NCBI GenBank assembly: GCA_003962975.1 | Contig: RXKC01000014.1 | Span: 898 to 64,897, forward strand | Source: Candidatus Saccharimonadota bacterium | GTDB taxonomy: Bacteria; Patescibacteriota; Saccharimonadia; Saccharimonadales; AWTP1-31 | DNA: 64,000 nt | Reading direction: 5' to 3' | In this document: positions 18,791 to 29,014 of the stretch, piece by piece | Position numbering within the stretch: the first letter of the stretch is position 1 | Layout: the number at the start of each line of letters is the position of its first letter | Translations under genes and position numbers: made by a program | Notes under the pieces: model-generated | Seen by the model: the letters and a program-made list of their open reading frames with translations, nothing else | What the model was told of the DNA's origin: nothing | The model's database searches: none

Positions 18791-20755
18791 ATGACTAAGT
18801 TTGAACTTGTTAGTAACTACAAGCCGATGGGGGACCAACCTGCAGCAATCAAGCAGCTGACCGAGGGACTGAACAGTGGCGTTAAAGAGCAGACCCTACT
18901 GGGTGTAACCGGTTCCGGCAAGACTTTTGCCATGGCGAATATCGTACAAAACGTGCAACGGCCAACCTTGGTTTTAAGCCACAACAAAACACTGGCTGCT
19001 CAGCTGTATGCAGAGTTCAAGCGATTCTTTCCAAACAATGCGGTCCATTACTTCGTAAGTTACTTCGACTACTATCAGCCAGAAGCGTACATTGCTCGGT
19101 CTGACACCTATATCGAGAAGGACAGTCAAATCAATGAAGAGATCGACCGTCTGCGTCACGCCGCTACGGACGCTTTGTTGTCACGCAAGGACGTTCTCAT
19201 AGTCGCAAGCGTCAGCTGCATCTATGGCATTGGTTCAGTTGATGACTACGATGGTATGGCTGTCAGCATTGCCACTGGCGAACGCCGCGTACGCGATAAG
19301 CTCCTCCGACAATTAACTGATATCCAGTACCAACGCAATGACATCGATTTCCATCGTGGTACTTTTCGGGTCAGGGGAGATGTTGTTGATGTTTTTCCGG
19401 CCGGCGAAGAGCTAGCCTACCGTATAGAATTCTTCGGAGATGAAATCGAGCGAATTACTCAGATTGATCCACTGACTGGGGAAGTTTTAAAAGAGAAAAC
19501 GGGGCTTAAGATCTTTCCAAGCTCACACTATGTAACACCACACGACAAGCTCAAGCTTGCGCTTGGTCACATCAAGAGCGAGCTAGATGACCGCACACAG
19601 TACTTTAAAAAGAATAATTTGCTCCTTGAAGCGCAACGTATACAGCAACGTACCAACTTTGACATAGAAATGCTCGAAGAAACTGGCTTTGTAAAAGGCA
19701 TCGAAAACTACAGCCGTTATCTAACAAATCGAGAACCCGGTGAACAGCCAGCTACTTTACTTGATTATTATCCTGATGATTTCTTATTGTTCGTCGATGA
19801 GTCACATATGACCATGCCACAGATTCGGGGCATGTATAACGGCGACCGTGCTCGTAAAGAAGTTCTCGTCGAACACGGCTTTCGCTTGCCAAGTGCTCTC
19901 GACAACAGACCACTGACATTTACCGAATTTGAGCGTCATGTAAACCAAGCGGTCTACGTCAGTGCTACTCCTGCTGAATATGAGCTTAGCCGTAGCCCAG
20001 CCCCCGCCCAACAAGTTATTCGGCCAACCGGACTACTAGATCCTAAAATTGAAGTGCGCCCCACTAAAGGTCAGGTTGATGACCTGATTGCTGAGATACG
20101 CGACACGGTTGATAAGCGCCAACGCGTGCTCGTGACCACACTGACCAAGCGTATGAGCGAAGATCTTACCGAGTATCTGAAAGAGCTCAACATGAAGGTC
20201 GCTTATCTACATAGTGATGTAGATACCTTAGATCGTACTGATATTTTGCGTGACCTCCGGCTTGGCGTTTATGACGTTCTTGTGGGCATTAACTTGCTTC
20301 GAGAAGGTTTAGACCTCCCAGAAGTAAGCTTGGTTGCTATCTTAGACGCAGACAAAGAGGGCTTCTTGCGTAGCGAGCAAGCCTTGACGCAAACGGTTGG
20401 TCGTGCAGCTCGTCACCAAGAGGGTAGAGTTATTATGTATGCCGACACCATAACTGGCAGCATGAAGCGAACTATCGATGAAACGACTCGCCGCCGGGGT
20501 ATTCAAGAAGCATATAACACCAAACATGGCATAACACCTACCAGCGTATCAAAAGAAATTGAAGCTGGAATTCGACCTGATCTACCAGAGGAAGCCAAGC
20601 GAGCAAAACTTGATCTTAAGAAAATTCCAAAAGACGAATACGGTCATCTCATTAAAGATCTAACCTCGCAAATGGACCTAGCCGCAGCCAACCTTGAGTT
20701 CGAAAAAGCAGCCGAATTGCGTGACATCATCAATGATATAAAATCAAAATCTTAA
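18791..20755 (+). CDS. uvrB: Excinuclease ABC subunit B
   Basis: GVTGSGKT Walker A, DESH box, helicase motifs and a C-terminal UVR domain ([11 protein letters not shown]). I prefer the ATG at 18791 ([17 protein letters not shown]) over the TTG at 18740 in the ORF track. Confidence 0.95.
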   Translation: MTKFELVSNYKPMGDQPAAIKQLTEGLNSGVKEQTLLGVTGSGKTFAMANIVQNVQRPTLVLSHNKTLAAQLYAEFKRFFPNNAVHYFVSYFDYYQPEAYIARSDTYIEKDSQINEEIDRLRHAATDALLSRKDVLIVASVSCIYGIGSVDDYDGMAVSIATGERRVRDKLLRQLTDIQYQRNDIDFHRGTFRVRGDVVDVFPAGEELAYRIEFFGDEIERITQIDPLTGEVLKEKTGLKIFPSSHYVTPHDKLKLALGHIKSELDDRTQYFKKNNLLLEAQRIQQRTNFDIEMLEETGFVKGIENYSRYLTNREPGEQPATLLDYYPDDFLLFVDESHMTMPQIRGMYNGDRARKEVLVEHGFRLPSALDNRPLTFTEFERHVNQAVYVSATPAEYELSRSPAPAQQVIRPTGLLDPKIEVRPTKGQVDDLIAEIRDTVDKRQRVLVTTLTKRMSEDLTEYLKELNMKVAYLHSDVDTLDRTDILRDLRLGVYDVLVGINLLREGLDLPEVSLVAILDADKEGFLRSEQALTQTVGRAARHQEGRVIMYADTITGSMKRTIDETTRRRGIQEAYNTKHGITPTSVSKEIEAGIRPDLPEEAKRAKLDLKKIPKDEYGHLIKDLTSQMDLAAANLEFEKAAELRDIINDIKSKS

Positions 20756-20802
20756 GGCTTATGCTTGCGTATCTGTTGGTTGTCGCATAGTATAGAGGCG
20801 AA

Positions 20803-22137
20803 ATGGTTGAAACAGGTTCAGTAACTGCAATTCTTGGCGAACAGCGTGGCGATGAAGGCAAAGGCCGATTTTCAGACATGCTCGCGGCAGAGCACGACAT
20901 TGTTGCTCGATTTAACGGCGGTAGTAATGCTGGCCACACTATAGTATTGGAAGACGGTAGAGAGCATAAGCTTCATCTTTTACCCTCAGGTATTACTAAT
21001 CCTCATACTATGAATGTGATCGGCAACGGCGTTGTTGTTGATGCAGTTCATCTTGTCGGCGAAATCGAAACAGCAGCGAAAAAAGGCATCGAGCTCGATG
21101 AAGGTAGACTTATGATCAGTTCTGCGGCCCATCTTTTGCTACCTGAGCATAAGTCGCGTGACGAAATTCGCGAAGCCGGTAAAGATGCTCAAGGCTCTAC
21201 CAAATCTGGCATCTCACCTGCCTACTCGGATAAAGCGTTTCGTTCAGGTGTCCGGGTTGAAATCATCAACAATGATATTGACGGCCTTCACCGCAAAATT
21301 GTGGAAGGTGTCGAAAAAACAAACGAAGACCGCGAGAGAGTTAATAAAGACAAGGAACGACAAGGGAAAGAGCTTGTATTGCTTGATCCTCTTCAAGAAG
21401 CTGATACCTACGTTGCAGCAGCACTACAGCTTGGTCGATTTTCGACTGACACCACTTTGTACCTAAACCGACGACTAAAAGCAGGCGATCGTGTTCTGGC
21501 TGAAGGTGCACAAGCATTCTTACTCGACCTCGACCACGGTATGTACGATGCCGTGACCTCTTCTTCTACAACTGTAGGGGGCATACTGACAGGGTTAGGG
21601 ATTCCAGCTAAATATCTAGAACGCATTGTTGGTGTTGCAAAAGCTGTGCCATCCCATGTTGGTGGCGGCCCATTTGCTACAGAGATACACGATGATGAAC
21701 TTTTAGAGCGGTTGCATGGTGATCCAGATGCGAGCGACGCTGAAAGAGGCACCAAAACTGGCCGCTGGCGACGACTTGGCTTCTTTGATCTTGCAGCTTT
21801 GCGACGCGCACAAATGGTTAATGGCAGTACCGAGCTAGCACTAACCAAGTTAGACTGGGTACTACGATACGGCGACACAATTCCTATCTGTACCGGTTAT
21901 GAGAGAAAAGGTAAGCAACTTGAGGTTAGCCCAGATGCTGCTTATAAGCTAAGGCAATCATCCCCAATCCTGACTGAGTTGCCAAACTGGACTGAAGATG
22001 TATCTGGCGTACGCAAATTTAGGGATCTACCTAAAGAAGCACAAGGCTATATCAACTTCTTGGAAGAGCAAACTGAAGTACCAATTACCATGATCGGTGT
22101 CGGACAACGACGCGACCAAGTTATTGTCCGCAAGTAA
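20803..22137 (+). CDS. purA: Adenylosuccinate synthetase
   Basis: GEQRGDEGKGRF P-loop, FNGGSNAGHT and a TKLD motif; 444 aa. Confidence 0.93.
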   Translation: MVETGSVTAILGEQRGDEGKGRFSDMLAAEHDIVARFNGGSNAGHTIVLEDGREHKLHLLPSGITNPHTMNVIGNGVVVDAVHLVGEIETAAKKGIELDEGRLMISSAAHLLLPEHKSRDEIREAGKDAQGSTKSGISPAYSDKAFRSGVRVEIINNDIDGLHRKIVEGVEKTNEDRERVNKDKERQGKELVLLDPLQEADTYVAAALQLGRFSTDTTLYLNRRLKAGDRVLAEGAQAFLLDLDHGMYDAVTSSSTTVGGILTGLGIPAKYLERIVGVAKAVPSHVGGGPFATEIHDDELLERLHGDPDASDAERGTKTGRWRRLGFFDLAALRRAQMVNGSTELALTKLDWVLRYGDTIPICTGYERKGKQLEVSPDAAYKLRQSSPILTELPNWTEDVSGVRKFRDLPKEAQGYINFLEEQTEVPITMIGVGQRRDQVIVRK

Positions 22138-22139
22138 CT

Positions 22140-23204
22140 CTACGCTGCCTGTGGCAGATGCACTTGTGTAAAGTCTAGTTCATCTACAGGAACTTCATCT
22201 TTGAGCTGAACGACAAGCCCAGATAACCGAGTCGTGAATCGACCGGCATGTTTGCGACTAATGTGCTGCACGTGAGTTCCGCGGTATTCCTTGATAACTA
22301 CGCCATCTCGACCGGCAAGGCGGCGCTTATAATCTTCACGGTGATTGGCGGGCATTCCTCGTTGAAAAGTTACGTGCATCTGTGCATCGTCAGGTACCTG
22401 CTCAGCCATAAGCCCAGCTTCGCCACCAAACAGTGGCATGCCAGTTCGAACAACTTGCGCAAATCCGTTAGGGCTTAGATCTACCGTTTGCAGATAGTGC
22501 CTCAACCTTCTTGGGTCGAGTAAAATCGAACCCAACTGGCGACTTACCGTAAACAGCTCTTCAGGCACATAGCCTAAGTAACCTACGACCTCATCTCTTG
22601 TGAGTTCGAGAATATGATGCGCGACGCAGGGGTCATCTCGTTCCGAATAGATCACTTGTCTTCCAAAAATTGGAGCGTAGGCATTAACACCAAACCCAAT
22701 CATGGCACCACGCGAAAATCCTTTGTGCGCGATTACCTTAGGCCTACTAAAACCTTCCTCATCAGTTGCATCTAGTAATGCATGGGTAAGGAATGCGCTA
22801 TGAGACAAGGGTATTGAGACATTCTTTTCGGGTCCTTTAACGATAGCCCTCATCCCAGCGCGGGCAATCTTGCTAGCTGTGTGTGAGTTTAAGCCTGCAA
22901 CCTGAGTAGTCCACGAGGTGTCAACGGCCCAAGCAATGTCTGTTATAGGCTCATCGGGTTCGAAAAAACCCACGTCAAAACGAATGCCATCGTCAGTAGT
23001 GCGTTCTTCTATATGCCAACGAAAACCGTCTCCCTCGCCTTGATCAATAAGCTTGCGATAGTCTGAGTCAACTGTGCTTTCGTATTCTGGCAAACTAAAA
23101 ACGCCCTCCGGCGTGGAAGGGCGTTGTTTAGCGTGCATTGTTTCTGAGTGCTGTATTGCTTCAGCACCAGGTCTACCATCTGGTCCGTTTGGAGTGACAC
23201 GCAT
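22140..23204 (-). CDS. Hypothetical protein, possible alpha/beta-hydrolase fold
   Basis: 354 aa. The only recognisable feature is a nucleophile-elbow-like GFSRG (HKGFSRGAMIGFG). It is divergently oriented to the ATPase cassette. Confidence 0.45.
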   Translation of the reverse strand: MRVTPNGPDGRPGAEAIQHSETMHAKQRPSTPEGVFSLPEYESTVDSDYRKLIDQGEGDGFRWHIEERTTDDGIRFDVGFFEPDEPITDIAWAVDTSWTTQVAGLNSHTASKIARAGMRAIVKGPEKNVSIPLSHSAFLTHALLDATDEEGFSRPKVIAHKGFSRGAMIGFGVNAYAPIFGRQVIYSERDDPCVAHHILELTRDEVVGYLGYVPEELFTVSRQLGSILLDPRRLRHYLQTVDLSPNGFAQVVRTGMPLFGGEAGLMAEQVPDDAQMHVTFQRGMPANHREDYKRRLAGRDGVVIKEYRGTHVQHISRKHAGRFTTRLSGLVVQLKDEVPVDELDFTQVHLPQAA

Positions 23205-23303
23205 GTTTGTTTCCTAGTTTTAACAGGATTACTCTCATCGTACGCTTTGTGCTTATGCTGTCAAGTAGCTTTTGTTTAGCAGTGGCTAGTATATACTTAA
23301 AGC

Positions 23304-24776
23304 ATGTCAAAAACTCAGACTCTTGGGTATGAGCATTGGTACGAGATGTACCTTCTCAAAGATCAATTAGAAGCCGAATCCTGGAAGGGAATTGTTATTG
23401 GTCTTTCTCAGTACATTGGCTTCCTCAAGACATGGCGTCTTATTGTCGCAATCGAAAAGAACACGATCCGATATTACATAGGGACTAACAAAGATGTAGG
23501 TACGCTCTCTAATAACCTTGAGGGTGTTGTACTCCGACCGGTGGACCACAAAGAGGTCAGACTACCCAAGCAATACTCAAGCCAGCGCTTTATTCAGTAT
23601 GTGACGGGCGGTACGTTTCTAGATCTAAAGGAAAAATACCAGGTTAAACGAAGTATTGAGCTTGAATATATAGATTTAGTTATTCGAACTATAAATGTTG
23701 AGAAAGCGCACGTTAAAGCGGGGCTGTACTTCAAGAATAAGGCTGGCGCTTATAGTGTTGCGCGCAAGACAATCTTGACCATCCCCAATAATCAGCTGGC
23801 TGTTGATTTCATTACGAACACAAAGTATATGCGAAAGAAACAGCCTAAATACCTTGATATCCAAAAAGCATTACATATTATGCAAAGCGACAATGTTAAT
23901 GCAGTATTCGAAGTTGATACGTTTCCGTTTCGTCCCACAAACTACTTTTTACCTTTGACAGCATATGATTTCGAAAAGCACTCATTCATTATTGGAGCTA
24001 GTGGCAGTGGTAAATCTAAGCTGATCAGTCTTATTATTGACCGGTTAAGCAAGTCGGGTGGTCTGCAGCAAAATTATCGAGTTGTGGTCATTGATCCTCA
24101 TGCGTCTCTAGAACATGATCTTGCTGCTATACCTAAAACAAAAATTGTAAGCTTTAAGGGTGAAGATGAAGCTACCGAGTTATTCGGTGGTGCGGGCACG
24201 GACGTATCAGCCGCAACTGAACTGACAGGCACTTTATTTAAATCTTTGCTTGGCGATCAGTTTAATCCCAAACTAGAACGAACATTACGTTACTGTTTAT
24301 ATGTTCTCATGACCGCGCAAGCAATGAGCTTGAGCAACTTAAAACGCTTTGTCGATGATCTCGAGTATCGAAACAAAGTACTGAATCACGTCAAAGAACA
24401 TGTACCAGATAACATTATTGGTTTCTTTGGTGGCGACTTTAATGAAATGCGCACCAAGTACTACAATGAAGCGCTTGTACCAATCATTACACTCGTAGAT
24501 GAAATGCAGATGCAACCCTCTCTCGCAAAAACCGGAGATGAAGGCGCATCGCTTTCGAAACTAGTAAACAATAACTTCTTGACCGTATTCTCTCTCAACA
24601 AAGTCAGTATGGGTGAAAAGGTTGTTAAAACCGTTGCTGGCTTGTTAATACAGCAAATATTTCTCCTTGCACAGGCAAGAGCCTTCAACGAAAAAGTGCT
24701 CCTTATCATTGACGAAGTATCAGTCGTACAAAATCCAGCACTTGCTAGCATTCTTGCTGAAGCAAGGAAGTATAAT
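23304..24776 (+). pseudogene. FtsK/HerA/type-IV-coupling-protein-like P-loop ATPase, N-terminal 491 codons, interrupted by the IS
   Basis: Walker [10 protein letters not shown] and Walker B LLIIDEVS. The reading frame runs into IS sequence after ...ILAEARKYN and ends in IS-derived codons. Confidence 0.75.
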
Positions 24777-25355
24777 CCCGGCGCGACTTTCCCCGACCGT
24801 CAGGTCGGGGCTGTAAAGCCCCGCTAGCTTCTGTTCGTCCGGGCGTTGCCAAGCTTCCGGTATGTACGCCATACTCTCATGCATGAAGTATCGACGAATG
24901 GATCATGCGGTTTTCTACTGTGACTACCATCTTGTGTGGCCGACTAAGTACCGACGTAAAGTCCTGAATGAGGGTGTACGGGTGTTTTTGGTCGGCTGGC
25001 TCAAAGAGTTGGAAGAGCACAGACCCGACATCATCGTCAAGACAATCAACACTGATCTGGATCACATTCACATTCATGTCTCTATTCCTCCAAGTCAGTC
25101 GGTCGGGTCTGTGGTTCGTCTATTGAAGTCCAACTCAGCCAAGGCACTGAACCAAAAATTCCCGTTCTTGCGTACCACCTACTGGGGGACCCGCTCTGTC
25201 TGGTCGGCCGGGTACTTTTGCTCCACAATTGGAGTGAATGAATCTACCATTCGTCGATACATCGAAAACCAAGGTAAGGAAGAAGCTGGCCAAAACAACC
25301 TGGAGTTGTTTTGAAGCAGCTAATTCCCCGAGCGTAAGCTCGTGGGAAGTTTAAT
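24777..25355 (+). mobile_element. IS200/IS605-family insertion sequence (tnpA only), about 579 bp
   Basis: Sub-terminal hairpins with related sequence sit at both ends: CCCCGACC-gtca-GGTCGGGG (24791-24810) and CCCCGAGC-gtaa-GCTCGtGGG (25326-25346). The left flank GGAAGTATAATC (24766-24777) resembles the right end GGAAGTTTAATC (25345-25356). Removing 579 bp (3 x 193) rejoins the host ORF in frame. The exact junctions are ambiguous within the 12-nt similarity. Confidence 0.8.
24862..25314 (+). CDS. tnpA: IS200/IS605-family Y1 (HUH) transposase TnpA
   Basis: YHLVWPTKYRRKVL, an HUH motif (DHIHIHVSIPP) and a C-terminal catalytic Tyr region (GYFCSTIG...IRRYIENQ). The start may be the ATG at 24883. 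Confidence 0.9.
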   Translation: MYAILSCMKYRRMDHAVFYCDYHLVWPTKYRRKVLNEGVRVFLVGWLKELEEHRPDIIVKTINTDLDHIHIHVSIPPSQSVGSVVRLLKSNSAKALNQKFPFLRTTYWGTRSVWSAGYFCSTIGVNESTIRRYIENQGKEEAGQNNLELF

Positions 25356-26189
25356 CTTTTCGTATTCTTAACGCAGCAATATTTTGGGCAAATTGAGAAG
25401 CCACTACAAGACGCCATATTCACGAATATTTACAACTATTACGTATTCAGGGTATCTGAAGAGGATGCACGGTCACTTGAAGGCAATCTAACGCTTGAGA
25501 TTCCAAAAGAAATTCTCGAAGCCGAAAAAGCCAAAGGCCTTAAACAGTCAGATGTTCGTGTACAGATGCTTACAAACCTTAATACTAGAGAGCTTTACCT
25601 TCGCTTAAGCAGCGAAGGGCAGATACTGCCTTGTGTTAAAGCTAAGACGCTGAACATTGGAAGTCCGAAAAAAATTCTTGATGAAGAATTAAAAGCTTAC
25701 AATGTACCATCTCAGAATCTTCCTGAGAGATTTGACGAGCTTGCTGCTACAACATCCGTAAAATCCTTTGATTCACTACCTCAGTCGAGTGCAAATTCAT
25801 TCGCAACTCCTGGTTTTCCTTCAATTAATAAAGCCGATAGCATCTCAAGGATCACCAGCGGGAATGCAATCAATGGCATGCCTGCGCAACAACCAAGCGC
25901 TGAAGATATAGCCATGGCAGCAAAGTTCGAACAAGGTGCGGACACGCTACCACACACACCAAGCACAAAAGACATAAAGAGCGCTGGTAAGTCGGCCATA
26001 CTAGCAACCGTAGACAATAGGCCACTCCCTAACCAAGACAAGGTAAAGACTGAACTTCAGCAAGTTATGGCTAATACGTTTAAAAAATTCAATGATGTTC
26101 CTGCCGATTCTAATGTCGGTAAAAACCTCCAAGACATATTAGCAAGTCAGTCATCAAGCAGGTTCAAGATTAAACGGAAAGGTAAGTAG
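25356..26189 (+). pseudogene. C-terminal 277 codons of the interrupted P-loop ATPase
   Basis: The frame is open from 25338 and continues the ATPase core (LFVFLTQQYFGQI...NYYVFRVSEEDARSL). A low-complexity S/P/A/N/Q tail follows. The ORF track only shows it from an internal Met at 25566. Confidence 0.7.
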
Positions 26190-26881
26190 TGGACTCAAAA
26201 AAAGCCAAGGAAGTTCTAGATAAAATTGTAGGCCAGGTATTTGGGTTTCAGAATCCGCTTAGTCTTGAAGAAGCGCTTCAAAAATTTGCCTTCGACGTTA
26301 AGCTTCCCCAGCAAGTATTCGACCTATCTGGCAAGCCTACTTGGGCACAGTCTACCAACCCAACAAAGTTTATTACCTTCCTCGATGCGCTCAATATGCC
26401 TGAAGGTCATTACACTCGACCAGCACGTCAGTTGAACGATATCGAAGATATTCTTAGTGCCTGGGCCGAGATTAACGAAATGGCCACAGAGCGCGTGCTA
26501 GAGTCCTTGAACGTTGCAGAATCAGACTGCGTATATAACTCTGAAGATGTCTACAGAAGTCAAACGGTTAACCGTGCCAAGAATGTACTTTTCAGCGATA
26601 CAATATCAGACGCTGAATTTATTTTGGCAAGCCAGAGATCGGAAGCGTCTACCTTCTGTATTAGATTAGAAGACAGCGCGAAGTGCTCTAATAGCTTCAA
26701 TGTACAGTGGTGTAACAGCATCATCAACTGTTTCTTTATTTCTGACGCTAACACACTCCAAGACTGCATGTTTACCTCGCATATGAACAACAAACGCTTT
26801 ATGGTCGCCAATATGCAGTACGACGAGGCAGAGTATATGCGTCTACGCGATATTGTGGCTCGCTGGATATTAACAGGGTAA
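26189..26881 (+). CDS. Hypothetical protein (230 aa) with a Cys-rich repetitive C-terminal half
   Basis: A GTG start overlaps the ATPase stop (TAGTG). The C-terminal half shows a periodic S/D/N...C pattern (SDCVYNSEDV...FCIRLEDSAKCSNSFNVQWCNSIINCFFISDANTLQDCMF). I recognise no family. Confidence 0.55.
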   Translation: MDSKKAKEVLDKIVGQVFGFQNPLSLEEALQKFAFDVKLPQQVFDLSGKPTWAQSTNPTKFITFLDALNMPEGHYTRPARQLNDIEDILSAWAEINEMATERVLESLNVAESDCVYNSEDVYRSQTVNRAKNVLFSDTISDAEFILASQRSEASTFCIRLEDSAKCSNSFNVQWCNSIINCFFISDANTLQDCMFTSHMNNKRFMVANMQYDEAEYMRLRDIVARWILTG

Positions 26882-26901
26882 TCCCGTATACTAAGCAGTA
26901 A

Positions 26902-27192
26902 ATGGCGAATCTTAGCAAAGAAGATGTCTTAAAGTTGGCTCGGCTTTCAAAGTTAGAGTTAACTGAAGAAGAAGTTTCCAAGTTTCAAAAAGAACTCGTG
27001 GAAATTCTTGGGTATGTTGAAAAACTTTCAGAGGTAGACGTGACCGACCTTACTCCGACTACCCAGGTAACCGGCCTTACCAACGTGACGCGTAAAGATA
27101 TAGTGCAGAAGTATCAAGCAGATCAGCAAGCCCTATTAAAAAACGTGCCGTCGCGGCAGGGCAACAGCATAAAAGTGAGGCGAGTTCTGTGA
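26902..27192 (+). CDS. gatC: Asp/Glu-tRNA amidotransferase subunit C
   Basis: 96 aa; LSKEDVLKLARLSKLELTEEE...; lies upstream of gatA with a GTGA overlap. Confidence 0.9.
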   Translation: MANLSKEDVLKLARLSKLELTEEEVSKFQKELVEILGYVEKLSEVDVTDLTPTTQVTGLTNVTRKDIVQKYQADQQALLKNVPSRQGNSIKVRRVL

Positions 27193-28664
27193 GCACCGAG
27201 AGTAAATGGCCAAGCGTTGCCATCATCGCAGCTGATGTGCAGTCTGGCAAAATAACTGCAACTGAGTTGGTAAAACAGGCGCTTCAAACTATTGAAGACA
27301 AAAAAGAGTATCAAGCAGTTATCGCAACGACAGCTGATCGCGCTCTTGAACGCGCAAAAGAAATTGACGAACAGATAGCCAGTGGCAGCAACGTCGGTAA
27401 GCTCGCCGGAGTGCCATTCATTGCTAAAGACAACTTTTTAGTTTTCGGATCTGAGACTACTGCTGCCAGCAATATCCTTAAAGGTTTTGATGCGCCATAT
27501 CAGTCTACGGCTATTGAAAAGCTAGAGAGCGAAGGAGCCATTTGTGTAGCCAAGGCTAATTTAGATGCATTTGGTCACGGCGGAAGCACCGAAAATAGCG
27601 ATTTCTTTACGACCAAAAACCCGCATGATACAGAACGTGTTCCAGGCGGTTCTTCTGGTGGTTCTGCAGTGGCAGTTGTTTTAGACATGGTGCCATTCGC
27701 ACTTGGTACCGATACCGGCGGCTCAAGCCGTCAGCCAGCCAGCTTTAGTGGTTGTGTGGGCTACAAGCCTACCTATGGACTCATTAGTCGCAGTGGTGTT
27801 ATTGCCATGGCAAGTAGCACTGACACTATTGGCACTCTCGCTCGCACTGTCGAAGATGTGGCCTATGTGGTGGATGTGATGGCTGGCCGCGATCCTCTCG
27901 ACAGTACGACTATCGACCGCGATGAACAAAGCTACCAAGTATCTAACGCAGCAAGCCTCAAAGGTAAAAAAGTTGGTGTCATCAAAGAATACATGGGCGA
28001 AGGCGTTGACCCGGGCGTCAAGCAAGCCATTGAAGCCTCATTGGAAGTGCTCAAAAAAGCTGGAGCTGAAATTGTGCCAGTTAGTTTACCAAGCCTCGAA
28101 TACTCATTAGGCGTGTACTACATTGTGGTACCAGCCGAAATCAGCAGTAATCTTAGTCGTTATGACGGCCAGCGTTATGGCTATAGCGATGCAGACGCAA
28201 ATAACCTTGATACAAGCTACACCAGCAGCCGAACAACCGGCTTCGGAGCCGAGGCCAAACGCCGCATCATGACCGGCGCGTATGTTCTCAGTAGCGGTTA
28301 CTACGATGCCTACTATAATAAAGCTCAAACCGTACGTACAAAGCTGATTCAAGAGTTCAACGCTGTACTAGAGGATGTAGACTTTCTAGCTGGCCCAACT
28401 GCGCCGACGACCGCATTCAAGATTGGCCAAAATACAAATGATCCTCTGCAGATGTATTTAGCAGATGTCATGACGGTTGGAGCTAGCTTAGTTGGAATAC
28501 CCGCACTTGTAGTACCTGCTGGTAAAGCAGCTGGCTTGCCGGTCGGCTTGCAGCTGATGACAAAGCAAAAAGCTGATAGAATGTTATTAAGCTTTGGCGC
28601 AGCAGCCCAATCTGCAATCTCGAAGGAAATCTCGAGCAAACAATCGAAGGAAATAGAAACATGA
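27189..28664 (+). CDS. gatA: Asp/Glu-tRNA amidotransferase subunit A
   Basis: Amidase signature GGSSGGSAVAV...GTDTGGSSRQPA; 491 aa. Confidence 0.95.
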   Translation: MSTESKWPSVAIIAADVQSGKITATELVKQALQTIEDKKEYQAVIATTADRALERAKEIDEQIASGSNVGKLAGVPFIAKDNFLVFGSETTAASNILKGFDAPYQSTAIEKLESEGAICVAKANLDAFGHGGSTENSDFFTTKNPHDTERVPGGSSGGSAVAVVLDMVPFALGTDTGGSSRQPASFSGCVGYKPTYGLISRSGVIAMASSTDTIGTLARTVEDVAYVVDVMAGRDPLDSTTIDRDEQSYQVSNAASLKGKKVGVIKEYMGEGVDPGVKQAIEASLEVLKKAGAEIVPVSLPSLEYSLGVYYIVVPAEISSNLSRYDGQRYGYSDADANNLDTSYTSSRTTGFGAEAKRRIMTGAYVLSSGYYDAYYNKAQTVRTKLIQEFNAVLEDVDFLAGPTAPTTAFKIGQNTNDPLQMYLADVMTVGASLVGIPALVVPAGKAAGLPVGLQLMTKQKADRMLLSFGAAAQSAISKEISSKQSKEIET

Positions 28665-29011
28665 AACTAAGACTGGTTCCACGACGCAAACTCAAGCCGG
28701 CAAAATTCAAAGAACAGTGGATTGAGCTGCAGCAATTTTGTAAAAGCAAAGACACCTGGGCACTTGCCGTTATTAATGCCGATAAACTCCTTGATGAAGC
28801 ACTAAAGAAGAAGCGCTTAAAAGGTAAAAGCATGGGTGAGCGACTCGTACAGGCCCAAAAAACATTTACCGACAATGATAGCGTTTGGTTTGCGCACAAC
28901 ATGGCAAAGAAGCTACTTGACGACTCTTACGGAAAACTAAAGGAATCTGAAGTTAAAAAATCGCTAGTGGGGATTCGACAGGCTTTGCGCGACCTGGGTG
29001 CTCTGGAGTAA
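28661..29011 (+). CDS. Small basic helical hypothetical protein inserted between gatA and gatB
   Basis: 116 aa. ATGA overlap with the gatA stop, and it ends 3 nt before the gatB GTG. No recognised domain. Confidence 0.55.
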   Translation: MKLRLVPRRKLKPAKFKEQWIELQQFCKSKDTWALAVINADKLLDEALKKKRLKGKSMGERLVQAQKTFTDNDSVWFAHNMAKKLLDDSYGKLKESEVKKSLVGIRQALRDLGALE

Positions 29012-29014
29012 ATT

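Noticed and set aside
21408-21878. A 156-aa ORF antisense to purA. Similar long antisense or alternative-frame ORFs occur at 12616-13032, 28483-28902, 43815-44336, 44458-44913 and 1415-1834.
   Set aside because: Each lies fully inside a confidently identified gene on the other strand or frame. Their translations are low-complexity (Ser/Arg/Ala/Leu-rich) with no motifs. They are the expected by-product of mid-GC coding sequence.
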